A DNA stretch of 56,076 bases from a virus (Duplodnaviria > Caudoviricetes): IMG/VR virus record IMGVR_UViG_3300027996_002398, positions 1-56,076 of that record; one strand, given 5' to 3'. This document shows, piece after piece, positions 28,052 to 38,151 of this stretch (position 1 is the stretch's first letter; every line of letters starts with the position of its first letter). Below the pieces are notes generated by a model. That model was not told where the DNA came from and did not search any database. It saw only the letters and a program-made list of their open reading frames with translations. Both the position numbers and the translations under genes were made by a program.

Positions 28052-28264
28052 TTATTTTTTAATACCAAACTTAGATTTATACCACATTCTTTCATGAAAA
28101 TAATAAAGTATAAATTTAACGACAACATCAACTACCCCAACCGTAATACCAATACTTACGTCACCAGTAACGGACCAACCAATTAAAAATGATACTACTG
28201 AAGCTATTATTCTCCAAGTAACAGACTTTAATAAATGTCTTTTTCTATCTATTTTAATTTTCAT
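28052..28264 (-). CDS. DUF2061 family membrane protein
   Basis: RHLLKSVTWRII...KFILYYFHERMW. Confidence 0.85.
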   Translation of the reverse strand: MKIKIDRKRHLLKSVTWRIIASVVSFLIGWSVTGDVSIGITVGVVDVVVKFILYYFHERMWYKSKFGIKK

Positions 28265-29049
28265 CCTTTTAATAAAACTTTATTTTTTGTTACAGATTCA
28301 TCAACCCCATCAAAAACTTCTTCTATAATTTTAATTATAGGGTTTCTAACAACATCATTAGGGTCTCTAAGTTCAACACAACCAAAGTTATCTATACCAT
28401 CAAATTTTTCGATAATAACCTCTAAAGAACTATCTTTTTTGTTTCTAATATCTTTTTGTTTTACATCACCTAAAATAATCATTTTAGAGTTATCACCAAT
28501 ACGGGTCATAAGAGTTCTCATGTTATCTAATGATATGTTTTGAGCTTCGTCAACAATAATAATAGTGTTATCAATACTCCTACCTCTAACAAAGGCTAAG
28601 GGCTGGATATTAATTAACCCTAATTCCCTAAGTTTACGTGTTAAAGATTCACCTATAATTTTTTCAAAGTTATCAACAAAAGAACCCATATATGGGTCAA
28701 ATTTTTCTTGTATATCACCAGGTAGATGACCCAATTCTTCACCTTTTAGTTGTACTACCGACTTAACCAAAAGTATTTTTTTATATTTAGGTTTAGATTT
28801 TATCATCTTAAGTGCTTCAGCACAAGCAATAAAAGTTTTGCCTGTACCAGGTAAACCTGAAACAATAGTCATTACTTTATTTCTAATAGCTTCCCTTAAT
28901 TTTCCTTGATTTTCAGTCTTACATTTATAATTAACAGTCATTGATTTTAGAAATTTATCTTCTTCTATGTTTTTACTATAAACAAACTCTTCAATCTCTC
29001 TCAACTCGTCTTCTGACAGTCTTTTATTACTTCTTCTTTTTTGACTCAT
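28261..29049 (-). CDS. phoH: PhoH family ATPase
   Basis: GLPGTGKT, LGHLPG, FVRGRS, VDEAQN, TRIG..SK, GD..Q.D, VVRN. Confidence 0.92.
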   Translation of the reverse strand: MSQKRRSNKRLSEDELREIEEFVYSKNIEEDKFLKSMTVNYKCKTENQGKLREAIRNKVMTIVSGLPGTGKTFIACAEALKMIKSKPKYKKILLVKSVVQLKGEELGHLPGDIQEKFDPYMGSFVDNFEKIIGESLTRKLRELGLINIQPLAFVRGRSIDNTIIIVDEAQNISLDNMRTLMTRIGDNSKMIILGDVKQKDIRNKKDSSLEVIIEKFDGIDNFGCVELRDPNDVVRNPIIKIIEEVFDGVDESVTKNKVLLKG

Positions 29050-29085
29050 AAATAAAATATATTATGTTTAATTATAATGTGTATA

Positions 29086-30123
29086 CTAAACTCTAGGTTT
29101 AAGAATAGTGTTCATAACCTCGTTTGGGATTCCCATAGTAATTTCAGATTCTTTGTAGTAATCCAACCAATAAGAAACCATCTCATCTAACATCGTTTCA
29201 AACGTATATTTAGGTTCCCAACCCAACTTACTTCTTAATTTGGTTGAGTCCCCCTTTAAATCCGTTAATTCTTCTGGTCTCATATGTTTACCTGAAATAA
29301 CAACATAGTTCTGATAGTTTAAATCTAACTTATTAAAAACATAATCACAAAGTTCTTTAACTGAGTGGGAAACACCAGTAGAACACACATAATCATCTGG
29401 GGTGTCAGTTTGTAACATTAACCACATAGCTTCAACATAATCTTTAGCGTGTCCCCAATCTCTAGTTGCGTCTAAGTTACCTAAGTGTAATTTTTCTTGT
29501 ATCCCCAATTTAATCCTAACTGCTGCCTTAACCACTTTATTGGTAACAAAATTTGTCCCTCTTCTTGGTGATTCATGGTTAAAAAGAATTCCATTCCATA
29601 TTTTCATCCCATAAGAGTTTCTATAATTTCTTGTTATGTTATACGAAAATACTTTAGCACAACCATAAGGAGATACAGGGTTCATTGGTGTTGTTTCTCT
29701 TTGATATCCATCCTCATCAATATTATTTCCAAACATTTCAGAAGAAGATGCTTGATATATTTTTGAGTTGGGTGACACCATTCTAACAGCCTCTAATAAG
29801 TTAAGTGTCCCTAAACCTGTTGCGTTTGCGGTATAAATTGGTTGGTCAAAACTAACTCTTACATGTGATTGTGCAGCTAAATTATATATTTCATCAGGTT
29901 GTATTTTTTGGAGTACTCTAACTAGAGATGCCATATCCGTAAGGTCAGCGTATTCTAAATTAATTTTATTAGAGGAACGTAAGTGTTCTATTCTGTTTGA
30001 TTGTGTTTCTGAAACTGAATTACGTTTTACTGTACCATAAACTTCATACCCTTTTTTTAGTAATAATTCAGCGAGATATGAACCATCTTGTCCATTTATT
30101 CCTGTTATTAAAGCTTTTTTCAT
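29086..30123 (-). CDS. gmd: GDP-mannose 4,6-dehydratase
   Basis: ALITGINGQDGSYLAE, YNLAAQSHV, QASSSEMFG, SPYGCAK, FNHESPRRG, RDWGHA. Confidence 0.95.
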   Translation of the reverse strand: MKKALITGINGQDGSYLAELLLKKGYEVYGTVKRNSVSETQSNRIEHLRSSNKINLEYADLTDMASLVRVLQKIQPDEIYNLAAQSHVRVSFDQPIYTANATGLGTLNLLEAVRMVSPNSKIYQASSSEMFGNNIDEDGYQRETTPMNPVSPYGCAKVFSYNITRNYRNSYGMKIWNGILFNHESPRRGTNFVTNKVVKAAVRIKLGIQEKLHLGNLDATRDWGHAKDYVEAMWLMLQTDTPDDYVCSTGVSHSVKELCDYVFNKLDLNYQNYVVISGKHMRPEELTDLKGDSTKLRSKLGWEPKYTFETMLDEMVSYWLDYYKESEITMGIPNEVMNTILKPRV

Positions 30124-30129
30124 ATTATA

Positions 30130-30966
30130 TTATTTACGTTTAGAGATTGCACATTTTTCTGATAAAAAAGAAACAACATCCCCCCCCACATTATTATCAT
30201 AAAGTTTTTTATTTTCATTGTTTATAGCTAAAATTAAACCGTCAACAGAAAATGACTCTCTTGGTGTGTGTTGTGTTATTATATTAAAACCATTACTACT
30301 TAACATATCACAACATTGTTTATGACCTTTTTCACTGTGGGTAGATATCATAAAATAACCAATTGAATTAAATATATGTTTGCTACTAGATAATAAAATA
30401 TTTTCTGCTCCTTGTATATCAGAATGTACTATATCAAAGTAATCTTTACCACTAAGTTCAAATAGTTTTTCTAGGGTATACATGGGCATTTTTATTTTTT
30501 TACCATCCCAATCATTAAAAACAGATTCTTTTTTATAAGTGTTACCAATAAAACCCTGTTTAAACTCAATATTTTCACAACTATTTAATTCACTATTTAA
30601 TTTACCACCATTTAAATTACTCATAACTGGTTCCATACATAAATTATAAGACCTCTCTATTTCAGTATTAAACCATATAGAATAGTAAGACCAATGAGAA
30701 CCCAATTCTATCATATTAGCCTCTTTATTTAAAGTTTTTAATAAATAATGGAAACAAAGTTCTTCCTGTGGTTCGTGATGACCATTAAGCTTAGTTATTA
30801 TATCATTCATCCAAGGAGAATGATATGTCCCCCAAGCAATTTTTACACCATTAAACATGTACTGATATTTGTTATTATTTTCAGTTTCTATAATACCAGC
30901 CTTTGGGTGTTTTTCTATTACATCACAATCTCTACAACTAGTTGTTACACTTACTCTATTATTCAT
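30130..30966 (-). CDS. FkbM-like methyltransferase
   Basis: HEPQE, MIELGSHWSYYS, HSDIQGAE. Confidence 0.75.
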   Translation of the reverse strand: MNNRVSVTTSCRDCDVIEKHPKAGIIETENNNKYQYMFNGVKIAWGTYHSPWMNDIITKLNGHHEPQEELCFHYLLKTLNKEANMIELGSHWSYYSIWFNTEIERSYNLCMEPVMSNLNGGKLNSELNSCENIEFKQGFIGNTYKKESVFNDWDGKKIKMPMYTLEKLFELSGKDYFDIVHSDIQGAENILLSSSKHIFNSIGYFMISTHSEKGHKQCCDMLSSNGFNIITQHTPRESFSVDGLILAINNENKKLYDNNVGGDVVSFLSEKCAISKRK

Positions 30967-30968
30967 CT

Positions 30969-31598
30969 TTAATTATTTTTTAAATAAACATCATCTATAG
31001 TTAGTTTATGGATTTTTTTATATCCGTTTGATGTCAGTAGCTCACCAACCTTTGGGTCATTGTAGTTATTTTCTACTATAATAATATTAATATTATATTT
31101 TTTAAAGTCTATTGTTTTTAATATATCATATTCACCACCTTCAATATCTATTGTACAAAAATCTATTTCATTTATACCATGTTTATCTAATAGATTAGAT
31201 AATAATTCAGTATTAAGTGTGATAATTTCTCTGCCATTATTTAGTGGGTGTTTAATTTCATTTTCTATACGATTTCTATGTTTGTCATCATAGGCATCAA
31301 TTATACCACTCAAACCCTTACCCCAACCAGAAATATCCATGAATTTAACTTCACCAACAGTATCAGATACAGCATAATTTTCACATATACAAGTTCTATT
31401 GTTTTTAAGTAATTTAAACCTTTTAGGGCTAGCTTCAATACACATACCAGCCCACCCTAATTCTTCAAAAAACTTAGTATTACTTTTATCAACACCATCA
31501 TCTGCCCCTATCTCTAAAAAAAAACCATTATTTTTATTTTTAAAATGATTATTATATAACCATTCATCTTGTTTATATTGTGAGTAAAATTTTTTCAT
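30969..31598 (-). CDS. FkbM family methyltransferase
   Basis: YSQYKQD, FLEIGADDG..SNT, IDIEGGE. Confidence 0.88.
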   Translation of the reverse strand: MKKFYSQYKQDEWLYNNHFKNKNNGFFLEIGADDGVDKSNTKFFEELGWAGMCIEASPKRFKLLKNNRTCICENYAVSDTVGEVKFMDISGWGKGLSGIIDAYDDKHRNRIENEIKHPLNNGREIITLNTELLSNLLDKHGINEIDFCTIDIEGGEYDILKTIDFKKYNINIIIVENNYNDPKVGELLTSNGYKKIHKLTIDDVYLKNN

Positions 31599-32546
31599 TT
31601 ATTTTTCATTTTTTAAAATTTTTATATCGTTTAAAACCATTTTTTTTATCATATCACTAAAACTAGTTTTGGGTGACCAGCCTATTTTTTTAAGTTCAGA
31701 GTTGTCCCCAACTAATGGATGTTTTTCTTCTACTCTAATATATTTTTTGTCTACATCAACGTAAGGGGACCAATCACATATATCTATAGTTTTAAATGCA
31801 ATATCTAAAAAATCTTTAATTGTCCTTGGTACGTTACTAGATATTACATAGTCTTTTGGTCTTTCTTGTTGTAATATCATCCACATCGCCTCAACATAAT
31901 CTAAAACATAACCCCAATCCCTAATAAATTCAAGATTACCTAAAACTATTTTATTGGATAAACCCAAATGTATTTTAGCGACCCCATTAGTTATTTTTCT
32001 ACTAACCATTTTCAAATCCCTTAATTCTGATTCATGATTATATAAAATACCCGTACAACCAAAAACACCATATTTTTCTCTATAATGTCTTATCATATCA
32101 TAAGCATAAACTTTTATAGAACCATATGGGTTTCGTGGTGAAAATTTAGTATTTTCGTTTTGTGGTGATTCTTGTGGGTAACCAAACATTTCCGAAGAAC
32201 CGGCGTTAAATAACTTGGTTGTGGGTGATTCATTTTTAATGTATTCTAAAAAATGTAATACTGATACCCCATTAATCATTAGATGTTTTTTAGGGTTTTT
32301 CCAGCTGGGGTCAATTTTTGATTCTCCCCCTAAATTATATATTTCATCAGGTTTAACATTATTTAAACATTTTTGTAAAGAATTTATGTCAGATAAGTCA
32401 CCATTAATATAAGTAACATTTTTTATTTTATTTTTATTTTTTTTGTGTGACATCCCAAAAACATCGTACCCTTTTTTTAATAAAAAATCGGCCATAAAAC
32501 TACCATCCATACCACAAATACCTGTTATTAAAACTTTTTTAGACAT
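31599..32546 (-). CDS. Second Gmd-like NDP-sugar dehydratase/reductase
   Basis: VLITGICGMDGS, SSEMFG, PYGSIK, YNHES, RDWG; start MSKK at 32546. Confidence 0.85.
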   Translation of the reverse strand: MSKKVLITGICGMDGSFMADFLLKKGYDVFGMSHKKNKNKIKNVTYINGDLSDINSLQKCLNNVKPDEIYNLGGESKIDPSWKNPKKHLMINGVSVLHFLEYIKNESPTTKLFNAGSSEMFGYPQESPQNENTKFSPRNPYGSIKVYAYDMIRHYREKYGVFGCTGILYNHESELRDLKMVSRKITNGVAKIHLGLSNKIVLGNLEFIRDWGYVLDYVEAMWMILQQERPKDYVISSNVPRTIKDFLDIAFKTIDICDWSPYVDVDKKYIRVEEKHPLVGDNSELKKIGWSPKTSFSDMIKKMVLNDIKILKNEK

Positions 32547-33162
32547 ATATTTCTTTACATAATTCATATAATTTATAATCCATTTCATTATTTTTTTTAA
32601 ATAAACTAATAATAGATGGGTTTATTTGGTTATTTTTTCTTTTTGGGTTTTTGTTTGAATGGTAATTATTGAGTTGGGTTTCCATTAATTCACTTAATTT
32701 GTTCATTGAGTTACCCCATTCGTCTAATATTGTTACGTAATCAAACCTATTTTTAATATTTTCTTTAGTTATAGACTCTAAATTTTTAAAACCTAAGTAA
32801 TAACACATTTGATTATCCATTATCTTATTCCAACCCTTATTCTTGAATCCTTTATAATTATTAACATTAAGGCCAAGATAACCACAATGTGAAATATATT
32901 TATCTAACGGTTCCCTAACACTAGAAATTATTAGTGTTTTATTGTTATGAATTAATTTAGGTTTAACTTCTTTTATTAATAAATCATAGGTAATATGACC
33001 TAAACTGGCTCCAACGTTAGAATTAATTTTATTTATCCCAGTAACAGAATTAGTAGAATACTTTATACCCTTAATAACACAATAATCAATTAAAGTATCT
33101 CTTACGGAACTAGACCCTGTTTTTGGTGTTTTTGCATATAATATGTTATATTTATTTTCCAA
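32539..33162 (-). CDS. Sulfotransferase-like protein
   Basis: KTPKTGSSS (5'-PSB loop) and VREPLDKYIS (3'-PB). The start is uncertain; TTG 33162 is proposed. Confidence 0.7.
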   Translation of the reverse strand: MENKYNILYAKTPKTGSSSVRDTLIDYCVIKGIKYSTNSVTGINKINSNVGASLGHITYDLLIKEVKPKLIHNNKTLIISSVREPLDKYISHCGYLGLNVNNYKGFKNKGWNKIMDNQMCYYLGFKNLESITKENIKNRFDYVTILDEWGNSMNKLSELMETQLNNYHSNKNPKRKNNQINPSIISLFKKNNEMDYKLYELCKEIYV

Positions 33163-34378
33163 TAATCTCAAATTTTGGGCACGGTACAATAAATTTACCA
33201 CCACTATTTAAATAATCACTTTCCCTTTTAATAAACTCGTCAATAAAATGCCAAGGTAACACTAACATATAGTCAGGGTTAATCTTTCTCATCTCATCTT
33301 CGGAATAAATAGGGATATTAGTACCAACGGTTTTTAATCCAAACTTATATGGACTACGTTCCGCAATACCATCAATAAGTGTTTCGTCAAGACCAAACCA
33401 TTGAAGAAGAGTATTACCTTTAGTTGAGGCTCCATAACCCCAAACAGTTTTACCTTCTGATTTCGCTTTCTTAATGAATGCTACAGTCTCATCTTTAAGA
33501 TTATTAATATTCTTCCAAAATTCTATATATGGTTCCACTGAATCCATTTTATCATTTTTTTCTTTTTCTAAAAATGACTCAATTCTATAATTAGCCACAT
33601 CCCTATATGGCGAAGTTTTAAAATTAGAAGGATTAGCGTTTTCTTTTCTAATATAAACCCTAAAACTACCACCATTAACATCATTTAATTTACAATCTAC
33701 TATCTTAAAGTTAACTTTTTCTAAAAGGTTTTTAATGTTTGTTAAGTTATAATAATAAACATGTTCATGACATATATTATCGAAAGCCAATTGTTTAATC
33801 ATTAATGGTGTGTAACTCATTTGTAAAACAAATAAACCCTCATCATCCATAACATCATAAATGTCTTTTAAAAATTTTAGAGGATTATCTAAGTCATAAA
33901 ACATGGCTATACAAGTAACTATTTTAGCCTTTTTATCACCAAATTTAGATTTAATATAAGATTCTTTGTTAAAATAGTCTTGTATGATTAAATCAGCTAC
34001 TTGCCTAGACTCATATGTATAAGAATCGTCTGCTGGGTCAACGCCTATTTTTATCATGTTTTTAGGTATTTGTTTTAACAATGTCCCATCATTACAAGCT
34101 ATATCTAACCACACATCATCATCTTTTATTTTAATACTTTCTGAACATGATAGTGCAATATCACCCAACTCTTTAGTCATTGTTACATTTATACCAGACC
34201 TATACCAGTACTGTCCATACATAGTATCACTATCAGGTGTTTCAGTTAATCTAACCGCTCCAGTTTCTTCTTCCATAACCAAAGTTAGTGGTGACTTTGG
34301 TCCCCTAGGTTTATTATCTTCTTTAATAAAATCAGAAACATATAAACTGCCTAGAGAAAATAATTCTTTTCTTTTCAT
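33152..34378 (-). CDS. NDP-sugar C-methyltransferase
   Basis: LDIACNDGTLL, FDNICHEHVYYY, GYGASTKGNTLL, LPWHF. Confidence 0.88.
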   Translation of the reverse strand: MKRKELFSLGSLYVSDFIKEDNKPRGPKSPLTLVMEEETGAVRLTETPDSDTMYGQYWYRSGINVTMTKELGDIALSCSESIKIKDDDVWLDIACNDGTLLKQIPKNMIKIGVDPADDSYTYESRQVADLIIQDYFNKESYIKSKFGDKKAKIVTCIAMFYDLDNPLKFLKDIYDVMDDEGLFVLQMSYTPLMIKQLAFDNICHEHVYYYNLTNIKNLLEKVNFKIVDCKLNDVNGGSFRVYIRKENANPSNFKTSPYRDVANYRIESFLEKEKNDKMDSVEPYIEFWKNINNLKDETVAFIKKAKSEGKTVWGYGASTKGNTLLQWFGLDETLIDGIAERSPYKFGLKTVGTNIPIYSEDEMRKINPDYMLVLPWHFIDEFIKRESDYLNSGGKFIVPCPKFEIIGK

Positions 34379-34379
34379 T

Positions 34380-34967
34380 TTAATTTATTTTTTTAACTAC
34401 AGTATCATAATGTTCATAACCTGGAAATGCTTTAACATATTTTAAATAATTGTCTTTTGTTTTCTCATAACCACATTTTTTTAAATGTTGTAAAACTTTA
34501 TTTAGTCTACCCCCCCTTAAATGAACACTTTCAAACCTTATTTCTTTAGGTTTAACGTTTTTAAAATCACAATTTAATAATATTAAATCATCAGCACCTT
34601 CAGCATCTATTTGTAATAAATCAAATTCTTTATTTAACATGTTATATTTAGCGACTAAAGATTCTAATTTCAAACAATTGACTTCATCGTATTTATCGTT
34701 ACCCCAGTGGTTTTTATTTATTGAAGCTTGTTGGCTTTTGTTTTTATAATCTTTTCTGCTATATATTTTAATTTCACCATCATAATCAGCAATAGCAGAA
34801 TTTTCAAAAAAACAACCCTCTATTGATTTATAATTCTCAACGAGGCGTTTGAAACTTTCGGGTACCGGCTCCACTAATACACCAACCCATTTTTTTTCTT
34901 TCATTAAGTTCCATATAACATCATTTTCACTGGCCCCTATATTAGACCCTATTTGTATAAAATTCAT
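34380..34967 (-). CDS. FkbM family methyltransferase
   Basis: FIQIGSN.G, LVEP, LLQIDAEGAD. Confidence 0.85.
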   Translation of the reverse strand: MNFIQIGSNIGASENDVIWNLMKEKKWVGVLVEPVPESFKRLVENYKSIEGCFFENSAIADYDGEIKIYSRKDYKNKSQQASINKNHWGNDKYDEVNCLKLESLVAKYNMLNKEFDLLQIDAEGADDLILLNCDFKNVKPKEIRFESVHLRGGRLNKVLQHLKKCGYEKTKDNYLKYVKAFPGYEHYDTVVKKIN

Positions 34968-34978
34968 AATATTTTTTT

Positions 34979-35659
34979 TTATTTTTTAATATAAAAGTCG
35001 TTTATTTTATATCTTTTATCTCTAATAAACCCCCTTTTTTCCATAAAAGATTTAATTTCAATGTCATCATAATTATTTTCAACAACAAATAATTTTACAT
35101 CATATTTATTAAAATCGAAACCTTTTAACACATCTAATTCAGTTCCTTCTGTATCAATTGATATAAAATCTATTTTAGTTATACCATGGAACGGTGTCCC
35201 ACCAACAGTGTTTTCTAAAATCCAAGGTAATGTCTCTACTTTAACCTCTATAGTAAATTTTTCATTTATAATATTTTTATGAGCTTCAACTAATCTATTA
35301 TCAGGTTTTAGTGAAGTTAATGATGACATTATGTTTTTCTCACCAACTTTATAAACCGTTAATGGTAATATGTCTTTTTTATTAGAACAGGCATAATATC
35401 TAATTAATTTTCTATGTTTTTCTAATGATTCTTTATATCCTATATTTGGTTCTATGCATAATACATTCCACCCCATTTCCTCAAAATATAATGTATTAGA
35501 ACCCTTGACCCCGTTAGCAGCACCAACCTCAATACACAAACCTTTATAACCACTATTAAAATAAGATTCTATTATTTTATCTGTTTCCCATTGGCCATAA
35601 TAGTTACCACCATCCCAACCCTTTAGTTCTTGATTTATTTTATCTACATTATACCCCAT
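34979..35659 (-). CDS. FkbM family methyltransferase
   Basis: IEVGAANG..SNT, CIEPN, ISIDTEGTE. Confidence 0.88.
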   Translation of the reverse strand: MGYNVDKINQELKGWDGGNYYGQWETDKIIESYFNSGYKGLCIEVGAANGVKGSNTLYFEEMGWNVLCIEPNIGYKESLEKHRKLIRYYACSNKKDILPLTVYKVGEKNIMSSLTSLKPDNRLVEAHKNIINEKFTIEVKVETLPWILENTVGGTPFHGITKIDFISIDTEGTELDVLKGFDFNKYDVKLFVVENNYDDIEIKSFMEKRGFIRDKRYKINDFYIKK

Positions 35660-36383
35660 TATTCCATATTTTTTTCACATTATTAAAAACATTTAAATCT
35701 TCTTTTTTTAGATTTAAAGAATAAAAATCGTATTTTAAAATTTTACTTATGTCAGCTTGTTTATTTGGTCTCCCCTGTCTCATAGCATCTAAATCGGGAA
35801 AAATAGGGTAATTACCTTTAGGTAAAAGTATCCTTTCATTAAAAACACCATTAATATTCGCAGTTTCGAATTGGTGTGGGGTTTTTATTGATTGGTTTTT
35901 TAATAATTTATTAAATAAACTTTTTCTCCATATTGAAGGTCTGAGGGACGTTGTTGTGTAACTAGCTTTTTTTTGTATAGATTCATAAAAATTTTCATTA
36001 TAATCGATTATTTTAGAATCAATTTTATTATATTTTGGTAATAGTCTTATTTTTCCTATTGTTTTATCTTTTTTTATTATATCAGCACCCTCATTAAATA
36101 AATTAACATTAACAAAATCAATTAAAAAATGGTCTTCAAAGGCCAAAAAAAAGTGTTCTTCATTAATTTTTTCAAAATATGGGGTTATGGCTTTATACCA
36201 AGGTGTGTTATCACTTAAATTAGAACCTAATAACTCAAAATTAAAATTTTTATTTAGCTTAACTTTGGGTTTTTTAAAACCTAAAATAGTAAACTCATTG
36301 GAAGGCCAATATTTATCCATTTGTTTTTGTAAACCATCTAAACAAAAGGAATACTTATTTGAAGTTATTATGTATTTTTTCAT
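35649..36383 (-). CDS. Putative glycosyltransferase (GT-A-like)
   Basis: FFLAFEDHF, PSIWRK and TPHQFE patterns; cluster context. Confidence 0.55.
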   Translation of the reverse strand: MKKYIITSNKYSFCLDGLQKQMDKYWPSNEFTILGFKKPKVKLNKNFNFELLGSNLSDNTPWYKAITPYFEKINEEHFFLAFEDHFLIDFVNVNLFNEGADIIKKDKTIGKIRLLPKYNKIDSKIIDYNENFYESIQKKASYTTTSLRPSIWRKSLFNKLLKNQSIKTPHQFETANINGVFNERILLPKGNYPIFPDLDAMRQGRPNKQADISKILKYDFYSLNLKKEDLNVFNNVKKIWNNGV

Positions 36384-36685
36384 TTATCCTCTGTTTTGTA
36401 AAACTTATTTTTACCAGTCCCTAATAATTCATCGGCTGTTAATTGTATTGTTGAATCACGATTAACGGACTTGTCAACTAATACTCTTAAAGAAGCGTTT
36501 ATTTGGTCTATTAAATTATTTCTTTCTTTATTTGTTGCACTAATTTTATTTAAAAAAATTTTTATATCATTTTCAGATTTACTAGTTTCTGTGTTACAAT
36601 AAATTCGTCTATCATCTTCTAACATCCATAATCTTATGTTTGATATTGTTAGTTTGTCTATTAAATCACCTATAGTATCTGCCAT
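36380..36685 (-). CDS. DUF4254-like helical protein
   Basis: TIGDLIDKLTI.NIRLW.LED..R...N.ERN.LIDQI. Confidence 0.6.
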   Translation of the reverse strand: MADTIGDLIDKLTISNIRLWMLEDDRRIYCNTETSKSENDIKIFLNKISATNKERNNLIDQINASLRVLVDKSVNRDSTIQLTADELLGTGKNKFYKTEDK

Positions 36686-36687
36686 AA

Positions 36688-37551
36688 TTATATATTTATT
36701 ATAAGGTTATCTAAAAATAAAGATTTCTCAATAGTAGGCCATAAATTATATTTATTTAAAATTATTTCTCTAGCCTCACTAATTTTATCTAAATTTTGTT
36801 CTCTAATATCACTCTCACTTATTTCTATTATCTTATCAATCACATTTGGGTCATCTATATCTATTTTAACGTATGAACCTTTCGGTAAAAACTTATCTAT
36901 TTTACTACAGCCCCAATATATTGGCATTGACCAACACAATAATGGGTCTATTATTTTTTCTGAAAAATAAAACGGTTTACTCCCATTTTCAATAGATAAA
37001 TGGTATTTATACGGTAATAACCCATTTTTTTTGTCTTTAGGTGGTAATATATCTTTATATGGGCCTTTATTTTTTTTACCTCTAGTCATGCTACCCCAAA
37101 CATCTATATCGTTGTAGTTCTTAACAAGTGATTCAATAATATTATATCTAATTCTTTGGCCCTTTGTTGACTTTTTATTAGAATTTATAGCACTTAATTT
37201 TTTTGTTTTATTTATTTTTTGTTCTTTTTTTAACTCATCATACGGTATATCCACCCACCAAGTTTGTGGAAACCAACTATTACCCTTTTCAAAATGAAAT
37301 TCTTTTAAACAATTATTACAACTATTTTTAGCGATATAATATGGTTCCTTACCAAAAAAAATTGTTTTTGTTTTATCTATATTTTTTAATGTTGTAGTTT
37401 CTTGCATAATAATATAGTCAGAATTTTTTATATCGTAGGTGCTCTCTATATTACCCCAAACACCGCTATTTTTTGGTGTTTGTCTTTTATACCAATTAGT
37501 CATTTCTTCATTTGATAACCCCCAAGCTGGAGCAAAATATATTTTTTTCAT
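36688..37551 (-). CDS. GT10 (alpha-1,3-fucosyltransferase-like) glycosyltransferase
   Basis: YKYHLSIEN...YFSEKIID......PIYWG. Confidence 0.85.
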   Translation of the reverse strand: MKKIYFAPAWGLSNEEMTNWYKRQTPKNSGVWGNIESTYDIKNSDYIIMQETTTLKNIDKTKTIFFGKEPYYIAKNSCNNCLKEFHFEKGNSWFPQTWWVDIPYDELKKEQKINKTKKLSAINSNKKSTKGQRIRYNIIESLVKNYNDIDVWGSMTRGKKNKGPYKDILPPKDKKNGLLPYKYHLSIENGSKPFYFSEKIIDPLLCWSMPIYWGCSKIDKFLPKGSYVKIDIDDPNVIDKIIEISESDIREQNLDKISEAREIILNKYNLWPTIEKSLFLDNLIINI

Positions 37552-37554
37552 TTA

Positions 37555-38145
37555 TTAAAAATTAAAATTAAAAGATTTTACATCCATTAAGTAATAATCT
37601 TTAACTATTTTAATCATATCATCATTTTTATAATAATCTCTATAATTATTGTTATTACTTTTATTAATAAGTGGTATTTCTATTTTTTCGTTTAAAATTT
37701 TTGACAGTTCTTCATTTATATTTTTAATGTCTATTAAATAGTCTACCATTATTTTTGTGCCATTAGAAATATAGTTTAACTGATTAGCCCACCCCTGATG
37801 TCTTAATTTTTTAGGTGAGTTTTCTAACAATTTTAAACATTCTAAAAAAGACATATCTTTTAGTAAATCATAATCTAAGTGTTTACCGGCTCTAGCTTTA
37901 TTTTTAGATGAATGCCAATAACTATCATCCATTTTTGCGTATTCATAACAAGAAACCACCCTATCCCATGGGTTTCTAATTATAGATATTTTTTTATATT
38001 TTTGCCATTTATGTGGGTATTTTCTGGCATAGTAAGACCAACTATGGTGACCAGCATCAACCATATTTAAATGGTTAGTTATAGATGTACCAGCATTTTT
38101 AGGTATATGTACAAAAATTAATTTATGTTTATCTGATATAGGCAT
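37555..38145 (-). CDS. Sulfotransferase family 2 protein
   Basis: FVHIPKNAGTSI and IRNPWDRVVSCY. Confidence 0.88.
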   Translation of the reverse strand: MPISDKHKLIFVHIPKNAGTSITNHLNMVDAGHHSWSYYARKYPHKWQKYKKISIIRNPWDRVVSCYEYAKMDDSYWHSSKNKARAGKHLDYDLLKDMSFLECLKLLENSPKKLRHQGWANQLNYISNGTKIMVDYLIDIKNINEELSKILNEKIEIPLINKSNNNNYRDYYKNDDMIKIVKDYYLMDVKSFNFNF

Positions 38146-38151
38146 AATAAA

